From Chitinophagaceae bacterium (lineage in GTDB: Bacteria > Bacteroidota > Bacteroidia > Chitinophagales > Chitinophagaceae), in the NCBI GenBank assembly GCA_049840855.1, contig JASGJF010000034.1:3520-67519 (forward strand): a stretch of 64,000 nt of DNA, in the 5' to 3' direction. The notes beneath the pieces are model-generated. The model saw only the letters and a program-made list of their open reading frames with translations, made no database searches and was not told where the DNA came from. Numbering within the stretch: position 1 is the first letter of the stretch; each line of letters opens with the position of its first letter. A program made the position numbers and the translations under genes. Shown one piece after another: positions 1 to 10,667 of the stretch.

Positions 1-405
1 TGCATACCAGTTGTTCCACCATCCTTCTATATTACCGGCTTTATATACCGCCCGGGATCTGACGGCGCCTGTCTCATACACATCCATCCATTCGCCGCTG
101 CGCATGCCGCGGGTAAAAGATCCGTAACTTTCACGAACGCCCGATTCATCATAATACACAAATGCACCGTCGCGCACCTTCATTGCAGCATCGGCATAGG
201 CACCTGTCATCTGTAAAGTGCCGTTCATGTAATAGTCGCGTACGCCCCAATGATCGTCTGTGCGGAATGCCTTCCGGTAATAAGCGGCATGAACGGCACT
301 CGTATCCCGCCACTCCGAATTGTAATAGTACGTCGAAGAATCCTGCTGCGCGTATGCCGGCAGGATTGCGCCGCACAGCGCGACAATGAGTAGTAGTGGT
401 TTCAT
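1..405 (-). CDS. 5' part of TonB-family protein (mirror of 10898 gene), runs off the window edge
   Basis: ATG at 405, MKPLLLIVALCGAILPAYAQ..., frame open to base 1 (135 codons). Confidence 0.85.
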   Translation of the reverse strand, partial: MKPLLLIVALCGAILPAYAQQDSSTYYYNSEWRDTSAVHAAYYRKAFRTDDHWGVRDYYMNGTLQMTGAYADAAMKVRDGAFVYYDESGVRESYGSFTRGMRSGEWMDVYETGAVRSRAVYKAGNIEGWWNNWYA

Positions 406-624
406 ACAGGGAACTTATGTGACACAATAAAGTTAAACCAGAATCTGTACAGAAAATACGTTCGGAAAAGAGTTCACCCTCACGCTACCCCAGGCTGCCC
501 TATTGCGGCGTACAGGTGATGGCAGCTTGGTATTTTTTTCAACGACGTGAGGACCTTCTTTTTGGTGTGCCGGAGTATGAACAATACAACCGGATAAATG
601 TTGCGTTTATCTTACCGGATGTTT

Positions 625-632
625 TACATTTG
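625..632 (+). promoter_or_regulatory. Bacteroidota sigma-A -7 element for the thi operon
   Basis: TACATTTG matches TAnnTTTG immediately upstream of the riboswitch. Confidence 0.65.
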
Positions 633-635
633 TCT

Positions 636-715
636 GCGCTTTAGGGGTATTCCGGAAGGAATTGAGAGAGTCCCTTGGAACCTGACACGGCTCATACCGT
701 CGTAGGGAAAAGTAA
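636..715 (+). ncRNA. TPP riboswitch (THI element)
   Basis: P1 gcttt/aaagt, AGGGGT...TGAGA...CCCTT.GAACCTGA...CATACC..CGTAGGGAA motifs. It lies upstream of thiM and is followed by a cgtgc-ttcct-gcacg hairpin plus T-run. Confidence 0.92.
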
Positions 716-798
716 AAACCGACGTGCTTCCTGCACGCTGCTTTTGTTCCGGACCGGTTATTCCTTAGGCCATTTTATTGTATTTGAAAAATGTCTTT

Positions 799-1599
799 AT
801 GGAAACAAAACTCTGGGAGCTTGTCCAACGCGTAAGTACACTATCCCCTCTGGTACTCAACCTCACCAATTATGTGGTAATGAACAATACCGCAAATGCC
901 CTGCTTGCGGCCGGCGCTTCACCGATCATGGCGCATGCCCGTCCGGAACTGCACGACATGGTTTCCATCTCCTCCGCCGTAGTCATCAATATCGGCACCC
1001 TCGACGAATACTGGTCGGACTGTATGTACACCGCCGCGCGCGAAGCCAACGCCGCCTGCAAACCATGGGTATTAGACCCTGTGGGGGCCGGCGCCAGCAA
1101 TTTCCGCAACGAGGTATGTGCCGCATTACTCGGATACCGGCCCGCACTTATCCGCGGAAATGCTTCTGAGATCATGGCGCTTGCCGGTATCAGCAATGCC
1201 GGCACCAAGGGTGTGGACAGTACAGCAGCAAGCAATGAAGCGCTGGCTGCCGCGTATGCATTAGCTGCGGCCTATGGCTCCGCGGTATGTATATCGGGGG
1301 CAACAGATATCATTACCAATGGCAGCGATACCCTATATCTCCGCAATGGCGATCCGATGATGACCAAGGTAACCGGACTCGGATGTACGGCGTCGGCATT
1401 ATGCGGTGCTTTCCTCGGTGTATCCGACGAACCACTCCCGGCCGCCGCCGCAGCCATGAGCATGCTGGCGATTGCCGGAGAGCTCGCCGCAGCCGCCAGC
1501 AACGGACCGGGATCAATGCAGGTACAGCTGCTCGACGCGCTATACACGCTTGACGAAGCGACTTTTCTTCAAAGGATCAATATCAGCTCCCATGCGTAA
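799..1599 (+). CDS. thiM: Hydroxyethylthiazole kinase
   Basis: PLVLNLTNYVVMNNTANALLAAGASPIMA, VLDPVGAGAS, IRGNASEI, TGLGCT motifs. Confidence 0.96.
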   Translation: METKLWELVQRVSTLSPLVLNLTNYVVMNNTANALLAAGASPIMAHARPELHDMVSISSAVVINIGTLDEYWSDCMYTAAREANAACKPWVLDPVGAGASNFRNEVCAALLGYRPALIRGNASEIMALAGISNAGTKGVDSTAASNEALAAAYALAAAYGSAVCISGATDIITNGSDTLYLRNGDPMMTKVTGLGCTASALCGAFLGVSDEPLPAAAAAMSMLAIAGELAAAASNGPGSMQVQLLDALYTLDEATFLQRINISSHA

Positions 1600-2230
1600 C
1601 ACTGAAACGTTTCCTTACCGGCTTTACCTCGTGATTTCGGAGGACGACTGTGCAGGCAGGGATATACTGCGCGTAACAGAGCAGGCTATCCTCGGCGGTG
1701 CAGACATAGTGCAGCTGCGCGAAAAAAGTGCAGACGAAAACTACCTGCTGGACCTCGCCATCCGTACGAAAGCACTTTGCGGCCTGTATGGCATTCCGCT
1801 TATCATCAATGACCATGCGGGACTGGCGGCACATATGCAGGCGGCCGGTGTGCATGTCGGTAATGAAGACGCAAGCCCGGTATTCCTGCGCAGCCAGGAA
1901 GCGTTCCGCAACCGTATCATCGGTTATTCGGTGGAAGCGACCGAACAGGTGCACAGCGACAAAGCCCTGGCGGCTGACTATCTCGGAATCAGCCCCGTAT
2001 TCCGCTCCGCTACCAAAACCAATACGCTCACCGAGTGGGGGCTGGAAGGCATCGCTCAGATCCGCAGCCTTACGGATAAACCCCTGGTTGCGATCGGGAA
2101 TATGCAATTGCACAACGTGCGGCAGGTATTACAGGCCGGGGCCGATTGTATTGCGGTGGTATCCGCGATATGCGGTGCGGCGGACCCGCAGCGAGCTGCG
2201 GCAGACTTAAAAAATGAAATCAGCAAATGA
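1592..2230 (+). CDS. thiE: Thiamine phosphate synthase
   Basis: LYLV, VQLREK, LIIND, GVHVG, TKT, LVAIG, AVVSAI motifs; overlaps the thiM stop. Confidence 0.95.
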   Translation: MRNTETFPYRLYLVISEDDCAGRDILRVTEQAILGGADIVQLREKSADENYLLDLAIRTKALCGLYGIPLIINDHAGLAAHMQAAGVHVGNEDASPVFLRSQEAFRNRIIGYSVEATEQVHSDKALAADYLGISPVFRSATKTNTLTEWGLEGIAQIRSLTDKPLVAIGNMQLHNVRQVLQAGADCIAVVSAICGAADPQRAAADLKNEISK

Positions 2231-3059
2231 CAAGGTACACTTATCCTTCCGTGCTCAGCATAGCCGGATTCGACGGCAGCGGTGGCGCAGGTATCCAGGC
2301 CGACATCAAAACGATCTCCGCGCTGGGATGCTATGCCACTACCGTGCTCACGGCATTGCCGGTGCAGAATACACAGGGTGTGCGCAATATCTATCCGATA
2401 CCCGTATCAGCCGTATCCGAACAGATAGCCGCCGTAATGGAAGACATACCGCCGGCGGCCATTAAGATCGGCATGGTGCATACCCCGGAACTGGCAGCCG
2501 CCATAGCGGACGCATTACTTCCCTACCCGCACTGCCTGTTGTGTTCGACCCGGTGATGGTATCCACGAGCGGTCATCGCCTGATCGAAGAAGCAACGATC
2601 CGAACCATACGCGAGCGCCTTTTCCCGATCGCCACGCTGGTGACCCCGAACATGGACGAAGCGGCGATCCTCGCGGAGATGGAGGTGCGCGAGCCGGAAG
2701 ATATGCTGCCCGCAGCGCAACGTATACTGACCATCGGTTGTCCGAATGTACTGCTTAAAGGCGGTCACCTGCAGGGTGACGTCATCAGTTCGCTGCTGCT
2801 GGATGCAGCCGGGAACCGGCACACTTACAGTTCGGCAAAATACGCCACACGCAACACACATGGCTCCGGCTGCACGCTGTCTTCGGCCATTGCCGCCTTC
2901 CTGGCCAGGGGAGAACAGCTAACAGCTGCGGTCGGTCTCGCACAGGAGTATGTAACGCAGGCGATAGCTGCAGGCAGCGATGTGCGCACCGGTAAAGGCA
3001 ATGGCCCTTTAAATCATTTTTTTGCACCTCAAGCGCTGATCAAACATGAGATGGTCTGA
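2227..3059 (+). CDS. thiD: HMP/HMP-P kinase, frameshift near 2535 (probable sequencing error)
   Basis: LSIAGFDGSGGAGIQADIKT in one frame; FDPVMVSTSG...TPN...LKGGH...HGSGCTLSSAI in the next. Confidence 0.93.
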
Positions 3060-3699
3060 CACCATATGGCAGGACACGGCTGACATATACAGCAGGATAC
3101 TGGAAATGCCGTTTATAAAAGAACTTTCGGAAGGGACGCTGCCACCCGGAAAATTCCGCTTCTATATAGCGCAGGACGCTCTGTACCTGGAGCAGTTCGG
3201 GCGTGTACTGGCACTTACGGCCGCGAAGGCGGCAGACGTAAACGATGTGCTTACCTACACGCGTTTTGCCGAAACCGCTATTGTGGTGGAGCAGGCGTTG
3301 CATGCATCGTACTTCGCCGATTTTGGCGTAAGCGAAAAAGGAGTGATGCAGCCGGCCTGTCACCATTACACGCATTTTTTGCGCAGTACGGCCGCGCTGG
3401 ACCCGGTGGAAGTGAGCATGGCTGCCACCCTGCCCTGCTTCCGGATCTATGCCGAGGTGGGCGCACATATCTATGCAGGGCATAGCAGTAAGGATAATCC
3501 CTATCAACGCTGGATCGACACCTATGCGGGCGAAGACTTCATGCATTCCGTGCAACGAGCCATCGACTGCTGCGATCGTGTTGCGGAACAAAGCAGCCCT
3601 TCCGTGCGGACGCGGATGAACGAAGCGTTTATCTGTGCCGCACGCATGGAGTTTGCGTTCTGGGATGCGGCGTACCGGATGCATACATGGCATATCTGA
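3046..3699 (+). CDS. tenA: Thiaminase II / TenA
   Basis: FRFYIAQDALYL, LPCFRIY (catalytic Cys), YQRWIDTY, MEFAFWD. Confidence 0.93.
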   Translation: MRWSDTIWQDTADIYSRILEMPFIKELSEGTLPPGKFRFYIAQDALYLEQFGRVLALTAAKAADVNDVLTYTRFAETAIVVEQALHASYFADFGVSEKGVMQPACHHYTHFLRSTAALDPVEVSMAATLPCFRIYAEVGAHIYAGHSSKDNPYQRWIDTYAGEDFMHSVQRAIDCCDRVAEQSSPSVRTRMNEAFICAARMEFAFWDAAYRMHTWHI

Positions 3700-3733
3700 A
3701 GTAGTCCGGCGATAGTGTAAGATTGAAAGCGGC

Positions 3734-5608
3734 TTACTCCACCAAAACCCTTTGCCTTTCGGTAGCACCGTCGGCGGTTTGTATTTCTACAATGTACAGA
3801 CCTTGTGGCAAATCAAGTGAAGTACTGTTACCTTTTAAGGCTGGTTGCTGCACCACCAAACGTCCGCTTAGGTCAAAAGCGCGTACATTTTGCAGATCTC
3901 CGCTTGCCTGAATATGGATCGTACCGTGGGCGGGATTCGGATAAATTTGTATACCCCGGTTGGTGTGCAGCACCGCCGGCACATCCAAACCGGTTGCAAA
4001 GAACCGATTTCTGAACGTATCTGCATCTACCGTTGCCACCATAGTGACAGCCTGTGAATAATAGGGACTCACGTAAGTCGTGCTGATGTAATTGCTGCTA
4101 AGCATAAATGCAGTATCCGGAGCGAACAGGCCGGAATCACAGCGGTAAAGTCCTGCGAGCATCCAGAACATTTTGGGTGGAATCGCAGCTCCTGAGTTTA
4201 ACCGGAAATAAGCATCAACCGGAATGCTGGTTGCGGTGCCGATGGGAAACCCCTTATTGATGCTCCAATCGGCAACGATCCAGGAAGAGAGTGTGGTTGC
4301 AGCGCTGCCTTCATTATAGATTAGCCCGCTCGTATCGCTTGCTCCCCACCAGGTAGAATCAGAGTTAAAAACAACTCCGTCTGCATTATATACTTCACCC
4401 GCTCTTTTAAAAGATTGTGTCGGGTTAAAGATGCGGGCGTTGGCAACGGAAACAACGGGTGGTGCAGCTCCGGTAATCGTATCGTTGTAAATAGCCATCC
4501 CCTTTCCGGGTATTGTGTCATAATAATAGTAATTGCCAACGATCTGACCACCTTTTATAGTAAGGTTCCCGCCCTTATTGTAAATTCCCGCAGCAAAATT
4601 GGTATTGCCCGCATCGTTTCCCGCTATAATTACGCTATCCTGTATGACAAGCGAAGAGTTGATAGAGGCGATAGCGCCTCCGTGATTACCTGCAATAGTT
4701 GTTTTATTATCGAGCCTTGCATCGGAGCCTCTGAGGCAAATGTTACCGCTGTTTTCTTCCAGGCACGAATTGTTGCTTATCAGTGTACTGTCGCCGATTG
4801 TAAGGACACAGGTATCAGCTAATATGGCCCCGCCAATTTTAGCCATGTTGCTTTTAAATCGGGTAAAGCCGCCTATTGTTAGTTTTCCCTGAGCCGCGAT
4901 AGCGCCACCCCTCCAGGAATAATTGCTGTCGAAAGTCACATGACCGTCTATTGTCAATTCTCCGATACAGCGCACCGCACCGCCAAAAAGATAATTCGCC
5001 CGGTTGTTGTAAAACAGGATGTTGCCTGTGATAGATAGTTTACCTCTGGAATAAATGGCGGCTCCGCCAATCCAGGAAAGATCAGCTGTTCTATAAGGTA
5101 TAGAATAGTAGGATGGGATGTACCAGATTAAACAGTTTCTGAATATTGTATTGCCGGTAATGCGTACATCTGTTGAGTCAAATGCTTTAATAGCCGCCCC
5201 ATATAAAGAATCGTCTTCCGGAGCTTTCATTGGGAAGGTTGATGTAGATGTCACAATTGCACTGTCAAAAATAACATCATGAAAAGTAACTCTGGTAATA
5301 GAAGCCGAGCTTTTAATGTAAAATATTGATTTGGTATAAGCTGCACAGCTGATGATACTGCTGTCGGTTGGTGTTTGCGTGCCACGAATAAAAAGGTCTT
5401 TATCGATGGTCACTCTGTAACCAAAAAATGTCCCCGTACTTAATACCAGACTATCGCCGGATGCAGCTTCATTAACTGCATTTTGCAATATGGGCCAGGA
5501 GCTGATACGGCTCACAAAGCTACCGGAACGATAAATATCTACGTACTGAGCCCTGAGGCTAAAGTGTAGCAGTAAAGTAGTGATTAAAAATGACAGACGT
5601 GCTTTCAC
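3734..5608 (-). CDS. T9SS type A sorting-domain protein with PMP-like (FxxN...GGAI) beta-helix repeats
   Basis: GTG start, signal peptide; repeats YGAAI, GGAAI, GGAV, GGAI; C-terminus IYPNPA...FDLSGR...LPQGLYIVEI...RVLVE. Confidence 0.88.
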   Translation of the reverse strand: MKARLSFLITTLLLHFSLRAQYVDIYRSGSFVSRISSWPILQNAVNEAASGDSLVLSTGTFFGYRVTIDKDLFIRGTQTPTDSSIISCAAYTKSIFYIKSSASITRVTFHDVIFDSAIVTSTSTFPMKAPEDDSLYGAAIKAFDSTDVRITGNTIFRNCLIWYIPSYYSIPYRTADLSWIGGAAIYSRGKLSITGNILFYNNRANYLFGGAVRCIGELTIDGHVTFDSNYSWRGGAIAAQGKLTIGGFTRFKSNMAKIGGAILADTCVLTIGDSTLISNNSCLEENSGNICLRGSDARLDNKTTIAGNHGGAIASINSSLVIQDSVIIAGNDAGNTNFAAGIYNKGGNLTIKGGQIVGNYYYYDTIPGKGMAIYNDTITGAAPPVVSVANARIFNPTQSFKRAGEVYNADGVVFNSDSTWWGASDTSGLIYNEGSAATTLSSWIVADWSINKGFPIGTATSIPVDAYFRLNSGAAIPPKMFWMLAGLYRCDSGLFAPDTAFMLSSNYISTTYVSPYYSQAVTMVATVDADTFRNRFFATGLDVPAVLHTNRGIQIYPNPAHGTIHIQASGDLQNVRAFDLSGRLVVQQPALKGNSTSLDLPQGLYIVEIQTADGATERQRVLVE

Positions 5609-5657
5609 AGGTGAATTATATGCTATATGACGACTAAAGAAGGAAATTGGTTGGCTT

Positions 5658-5820
5658 TTACTCCACCAGAACCCTTTGCCTTTGGGTAGCACCGTCGGCG
5701 GTTTGTATTTCTACAATATACAGACCCGGCGGTAAATCAAGTGAAGTACTGTTACCTTTTAAGGCTGGTTGCCGCATCACCACACGCCCGCTCAGGTCAA
5801 AAGCGCGTACATTTTCCATA
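5658..5820 (-). CDS. 3' end (T9SS CTD) of a paralogous upstream gene, truncated at the fold-back junction
   Basis: Translates MENVRAFDLSGRVVMRQPALKGNSTSLDLPPGLYIVEIQTADGATQRQRVLVE*. By hand alignment, 12 mismatches in 158 nt versus 3734..3891, no indels. Confidence 0.85.
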
Positions 5821-7608
5821 TAGCTTTGTGAGCCGTATCAGCTCCTGGCCCATATTGCAAAATGCAGTTAATGAAGCTGCATCCGGCGATAGTCTGGTAT
5901 CAAGTACGGGGACATTTTTGGTTACAGAGTGACCATCGATAAAGACCTTTTATTCGTGGCACGCAAACACCAACCGACAGCAGTATCATGGGCTGTTGCA
6001 GCTTATACCAAATCAATATTTTACATTAAAAGCTGGCTTCTATTACCAGAGTTACTTTTCATGATGTTATTTTTGACAGTGCAATTGTGACATCTACATC
6101 AACCTTCCCAATGAAAGCTCCGGAAGACGATTCTTTATATGGGGCGGCTATTAAAGCATTTGACTCAACAGATGTACGCATTACCGGCAATACAATATTC
6201 AGAAACTGTTTAATCTGGTACATCCCATCCTACTATTCTATACCTTATAGAACAGCTGATCTTTCCTGGATTGGCGGAGCCGCCATTTATTCCAGAGGTA
6301 AACTATCTATCACAGGCAACATCCTGTTTTACAACAACCGGGCGAATTATCTTTTGGCGGTGCGGTGCGCTGTATCAGAAAATGACAATAGACGGTCATG
6401 TGACTTTCGACAGCAATTATTCCTGGAGGGGTGGCGCTATCGCGGCTCAGGGAAAACTAACAATAGGCGGCTTTACCCGATTTAAAAGCAACATGGCTAA
6501 AATTGGCAGGGCGCCCCGGCTCGATACCTGTGTCCTTACAATCGGCGACAGTACACTGATAAGCAACAATTCGTGCCTGGAAGAAAACAGCGGTAACATT
6601 TGCCTCAGAGGCTCCGATGCAAGGCTCGATAATAAAACAACTATTGCAGGTAATCACGGAGGCGCTATCGCCTCTATCAGACTCTTCGCTTGTCATACAG
6701 GATAGCGTAATTATAGCGGGAAACGATGCGGGCAATACCAATTTTGCTGCGGGAATTTACAATAAGGGCGGGAACCTTACTATAAAAGGTGGTCAGATCG
6801 TTGGCAATTGCTCTTTATTATGACACAATACCCGGAAAGGGGATGGCTATTTACAACGATACGATTACCGGAGCTGCACCACCCGTTGTTTCCGTTGCCA
6901 ACGCCCGCATCTTTAACCCGACACAATCTTTTAAAAGAGCGGGTGAAGTATATAATGCAGACGGAGTTGTTTTTAACTCTGATTCTACCTGGTGGGGAGC
7001 AAGCGATACGAGCGGGCTAATCTATAATGAAGGCAGCGCTGCAACCACACTCTCTTCCTGGATCGTTGCCGATTGGAGCATCAATAAGGGGTTTCCCATC
7101 GGCACCGCCAACCAGCATTCCGGTTGATGCTTATTTCCGGTTAAAGTAGGAGGCTGCGATTCCACCAAAATGTTCTGGATGCTCGCAGGACTTTACCGCT
7201 GTGATTCCGGCCTGTTCGCTCCGGATACTGCATTTATGCTTAGCAGCAATTACATCAGCACGACTTACGTGAGTCCCTATTATTCACAGGCTGTCACTAT
7301 GGTGGCAACGGTAGATGCAGATACGTTCAGAAATCGGTTCTTTGCAACCGGTTTGGATGTGCCGGCGGTGCTGCACACAACCGGGGTATACAAATTTATC
7401 CGAATCCCGCCCACGGTACGATCCAGTATTCAGGCAAGCGGAGATCTGCAAAATGTACGCGCTTTTGACCTAAGCGGACGTTTGGTGGTGCAGCCAATCA
7501 GCCTTAAAAGGTAACAGTACTTCACTTGATTTGCCACAAGGTCTGTACATTGTAGAAATACAAACCGCCGACGGTGCTACCGAAAGGCAAAGGGTTTTGG
7601 TGGAGTAA
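5821..7608 (+). pseudogene. Frameshifted mirror copy of the T9SS gene lacking its N-terminus (likely artefact)
   Basis: ORF fragments 5741, 6087, 6271, 6617, 6789 and 7170 reproduce pieces of the 3734..5608 protein. Confidence 0.85.
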
Positions 7609-7642
7609 GCCGCTTTCAATCTTACACTATCGCCGGACTACT

Positions 7643-8299
7643 TCAGATATGCCATGTATGCATCCGGTACGCCGCATCCCAGAACGCAAACTCCATGCGT
7701 GCGGCACAGATAAACGTTCCGTTCATCCGCGTCCGCACGGAAGGGCTGCTTTGTTCCGCAACACGATCGCAGCAGTCGATGGCTCGTTGCACGGAATACA
7801 TGAAGTCTTCGCCCGCATAGGTGTCGATCCAGCGTTGATAGGGATTATCCTTACTGCTATGCCCTGCATAGATATGTGCGCCCACCTCGGCATAGATCCG
7901 GAAGCAGGGCAGGGTGGCAGCCATGCTCACTTCCACCGGGTCCAGCGCGGCCGTACTGCGCAAAAAATGCGTGTAATGGTGACAGGCCGGCTGCATCACT
8001 CCTTTTTCGCTTACGCCAAAATCGGCGAAGTACGATGCATGCAACGCCTGCTCCACCACAATAGCGGTTTCGGCAAAACGCATGTAGGTAAGCACATCGT
8101 TTACGTCTGCCGCCTTCGCGGCCGTAAGTGCCAATTCCTTACGCCCGAACTGCTCCAGGTACAGAGCGTCCTGCGCTATATCGAAGCAGAATTTCCCGGG
8201 TGGCAGCGTCCCTCCCGAAAGTTCTTTTATAAACGGCATTTCCAGTATCCTGCTGTATATGTCAGCCGTGTCCTGCCATATGGTGTCAGACCATCTCAT
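7643..8299 (-). CDS. tenA: Mirror copy of TenA
   Basis: 218 aa, near-identical to 3046..3699 with scattered differences. Confidence 0.85.
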   Translation of the reverse strand: MRWSDTIWQDTADIYSRILEMPFIKELSGGTLPPGKFCFDIAQDALYLEQFGRKELALTAAKAADVNDVLTYMRFAETAIVVEQALHASYFADFGVSEKGVMQPACHHYTHFLRSTAALDPVEVSMAATLPCFRIYAEVGAHIYAGHSSKDNPYQRWIDTYAGEDFMYSVQRAIDCCDRVAEQSSPSVRTRMNGTFICAARMEFAFWDAAYRMHTWHI

Positions 8300-9069
8300 G
8301 TTTGATCAGCGCTTGAGGTGCAAAAAAATGATTTAAAGGGCCATTGCCTTTACCGGTGCGCACATCGCTGCCTGCAGCTATCGCCTGCGTTACATATATA
8401 GAGGAGTAGCTGTTCTCCCCTGGCCGGGAATGGCCGAAGACAGCGTGCAGCCGGAGCCATGTGTGTTGCGTGTGGCGTCAACTGTAAGTGTGCCGGTTCC
8501 CGGCTGCATCCGGCGGGCGGAGCGAAACTGATGACCCTGCAGGTGACCGCCTTTTTAGTACATTCGGACAACCGATGGTCAGTATACGTTGCGCTGGCAT
8601 ATCTTCCGGCTCGCGCACCTCCATCTCCGCGAGGAGGTCGCCGCTTCGTCATCCTCGGGGTCTCAGCGTGGCGATCGGGGAAAGGCACTCGCGTATGCCT
8701 CAGATCGTCTTCTTCAATCAGGCGATGACCGCTCGTGGATACCATCACCGGGTCAAACACAACAGGCAGGTCCGTGGAAGTAATGCGTCCGCTATGGCGG
8801 CTGCCGTTCCGGGGTATGCACCATGCCGATCTTAATGGCCGCCGGCGGTATGTCTTTCATTACGGGGGCTATGTGTTCGGATACGCTTGATGCGGGTATC
8901 GGATCGATATTGCGCACACCCTGTGTATTCTGCACCGGCAATGCCGCGGCACGGTAGTGGCATAGCATCCCAGCGCGGAGATCGTTTTGATGTCGGCCTG
9001 AATACCTGCGCCACCGCTGCCGTCGAATCCGGCTATGCTGAGCACGGAAGGATAAGTGTACCTTGTCAT
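8286..9069 (-). pseudogene. thiD: Heavily frameshifted mirror copy of thiD
   Basis: MTRYTYPSVLSIAGFDGSGG and MFDPVMVSTSGH fragments with many short deletions. Confidence 0.85.
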
Positions 9070-9712
9070 TTGCTGAATTTCATTTTTTAAGTCTCCGCAG
9101 CTCGCTGCGGGTCCGCCGCACCGCATATCGCGGATACCGCCGCAATACAATCGGCCCCGCCTGTAATACCTGCCGCACGTTTGTGCAATTGCATACCCGA
9201 TCGCAACCAGGCGTTTATCCGTAAGGCTGCGGATCTGAGCGATGCCTTCCAGCCCCCACTCGGTGAGTGTATTGGTTTTGTGGTAGCGGAGCGGATACGG
9301 GGCTGATTCCGAGATAGTCAGCCGCCAGGGCTTTGTCGCTGTGCACCTGTTCGGTCGCTTCCACGACATAACCGATGATACGGTTGCGGAACGCTTCCTG
9401 GCTGCGCAGGAATACCGGGCTTGCGTCTTCATTACCGACATGCACACCGGCCGCCTGCATAGTGTGCCGCCGGGTCCCGCATGGTCATTGATGATAAGCG
9501 GAATGCCGGTGTATTAGCCGCAAAGTGCATATCGTACGGATGGCGAGGTCCAGCAGGTAGTTTTCGGTCTGCACCTTTTTCGCGCAGCTGCACTATGTCT
9601 GCACCGCCGAGGAATTAGCCTACTCTGTTACGCGCAGTATATCCCTGCCTGCACAGTCGTCCTCCGAAATCACGAGGTAAAGCCGGTGAGGAAATGTTTC
9701 CGTGTTACGCAT
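9066..9712 (-). pseudogene. thiE: Frameshifted mirror copy of thiE
   Basis: Fragments GVHVGNEDAS...ADYLGISP and TKTNTLTEWGLEG in different frames. Confidence 0.85.
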
Positions 9713-10506
9713 GGGAGCTGATATTGATCCTTTGAAGAAAAGTCGCTTCGTCAAGCGTGTATAGCGCGTCGAGCAGCTGTACCTGCATTAATCCCGGTCC
9801 GTTGCTGGCGGCTGCAGCGAGCTCTCCCGGCAATCGCCAGCATGCTCATGGCTGCGGCGGCGGCCGGGAGTGGTTCGTCGGATACACCGAGGAAAGCACC
9901 GCATAATGCCGACGCCGTACATCCGAGTCCGGTTACCTTGGTCATCATCGGATCGCCATTGCGGAGATATAGGGTATCGCTGCCATTGGTAATGATATCT
10001 GTTGCCCCCGATATACATACCGCGGAGCCATAGGCCGCAGCTAATGCATACGCGGCAGCCAGCGCTTCATTGCTTGCTGCTGTACTGTCCACACCCTTGG
10101 TGCCGGCATTGCTGATACCGGCAAGCGCCATGATCTCAGAAGCATTTCCGCGGATAAGTGCGGGCCGGTATCCGAGTAATGCGGCACATACCTCGTTGCG
10201 GAAATTGCTGGCGCCGGCCCCCACAGGGTCTAATACCCATGGTTTGCAGGCGGCGTTGGCTTCGCGCGCGGCGGTGTACATACAGTCCGACCAGTATTCG
10301 TCGAGGGTGCCGATATTGATGACTACGGCGGAGGAGATGGAAACCATGTCGTGCAGTTCCGGACGGGCATGCGCCATGATCGGTGAAGCGCCGGCCGCAA
10401 GCAGGGCATTTGCGGTATTGTTCATTACCACATAATTGGTGAGGTTGAGTACCAGAGGGGATAGTGTACTTACGCGTTGGACAAGCTCCCAGAGTTTTGT
10501 TTCCAT
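9705..10506 (-). pseudogene. thiM: Mirror copy of thiM with a C-terminal frameshift
   Basis: Identical to thiM up to LAIAG, then shifts frame near 9828. Confidence 0.85.
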
Positions 10507-10589
10507 AAAGACATTTTTCAAATACAATAAAATGGCCTAAGGAATAACCGGTCCGGAACAAAAGCAGCGTGCAGGAAGCACGTCGGTTT

Positions 10590-10667
10590 TTACTTTTCCC
10601 TACGACGGTATGAGCCGTGTCAGGTTCCAAGGGACTCTCAATTCCTTCCGGAATACCCCTAAAGCGC
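10590..10667 (-). ncRNA. Mirror copy of the TPP riboswitch
   Basis: Reverse complement of 636..715 with a 2-nt deletion in the GAGAGA run. Confidence 0.85.

Larger units (their letters stand above)
1..5522. repeat. Left arm of ~5.5-kb inverted duplication (mirror of 5821..11301)
   Basis: Base 1 tgcataccagttgttcc is the reverse complement of ...ggaacaactggtatgca ending at 11301. ctcacaaagcta (5511-5522) mirrors tagctttgtgag at 5821. All ORFs are mirrored. Confidence 0.97.

Noticed and set aside
3734-5815. DGR-like template/variable repeat pair (3734..3891 vs 5658..5815)
   Set aside because: Mismatches involve all four bases rather than only adenines, both copies end in the same stop as CTD coding sequence, and there is no reverse transcriptase in the window. 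Paralogy explains it.
5523-5820. Hairpin telomere of a linear replicon
   Set aside because: The centre is a 298-nt asymmetric loop of ordinary coding DNA, not a perfect palindromic protelomerase site, and no telomere resolvase is visible.
5821-10506. Genuine decaying second thi operon
   Set aside because: Damage is indel-dominated and patchy, while long stretches are identical even at synonymous sites. That is the pattern of base-calling error, not evolution.
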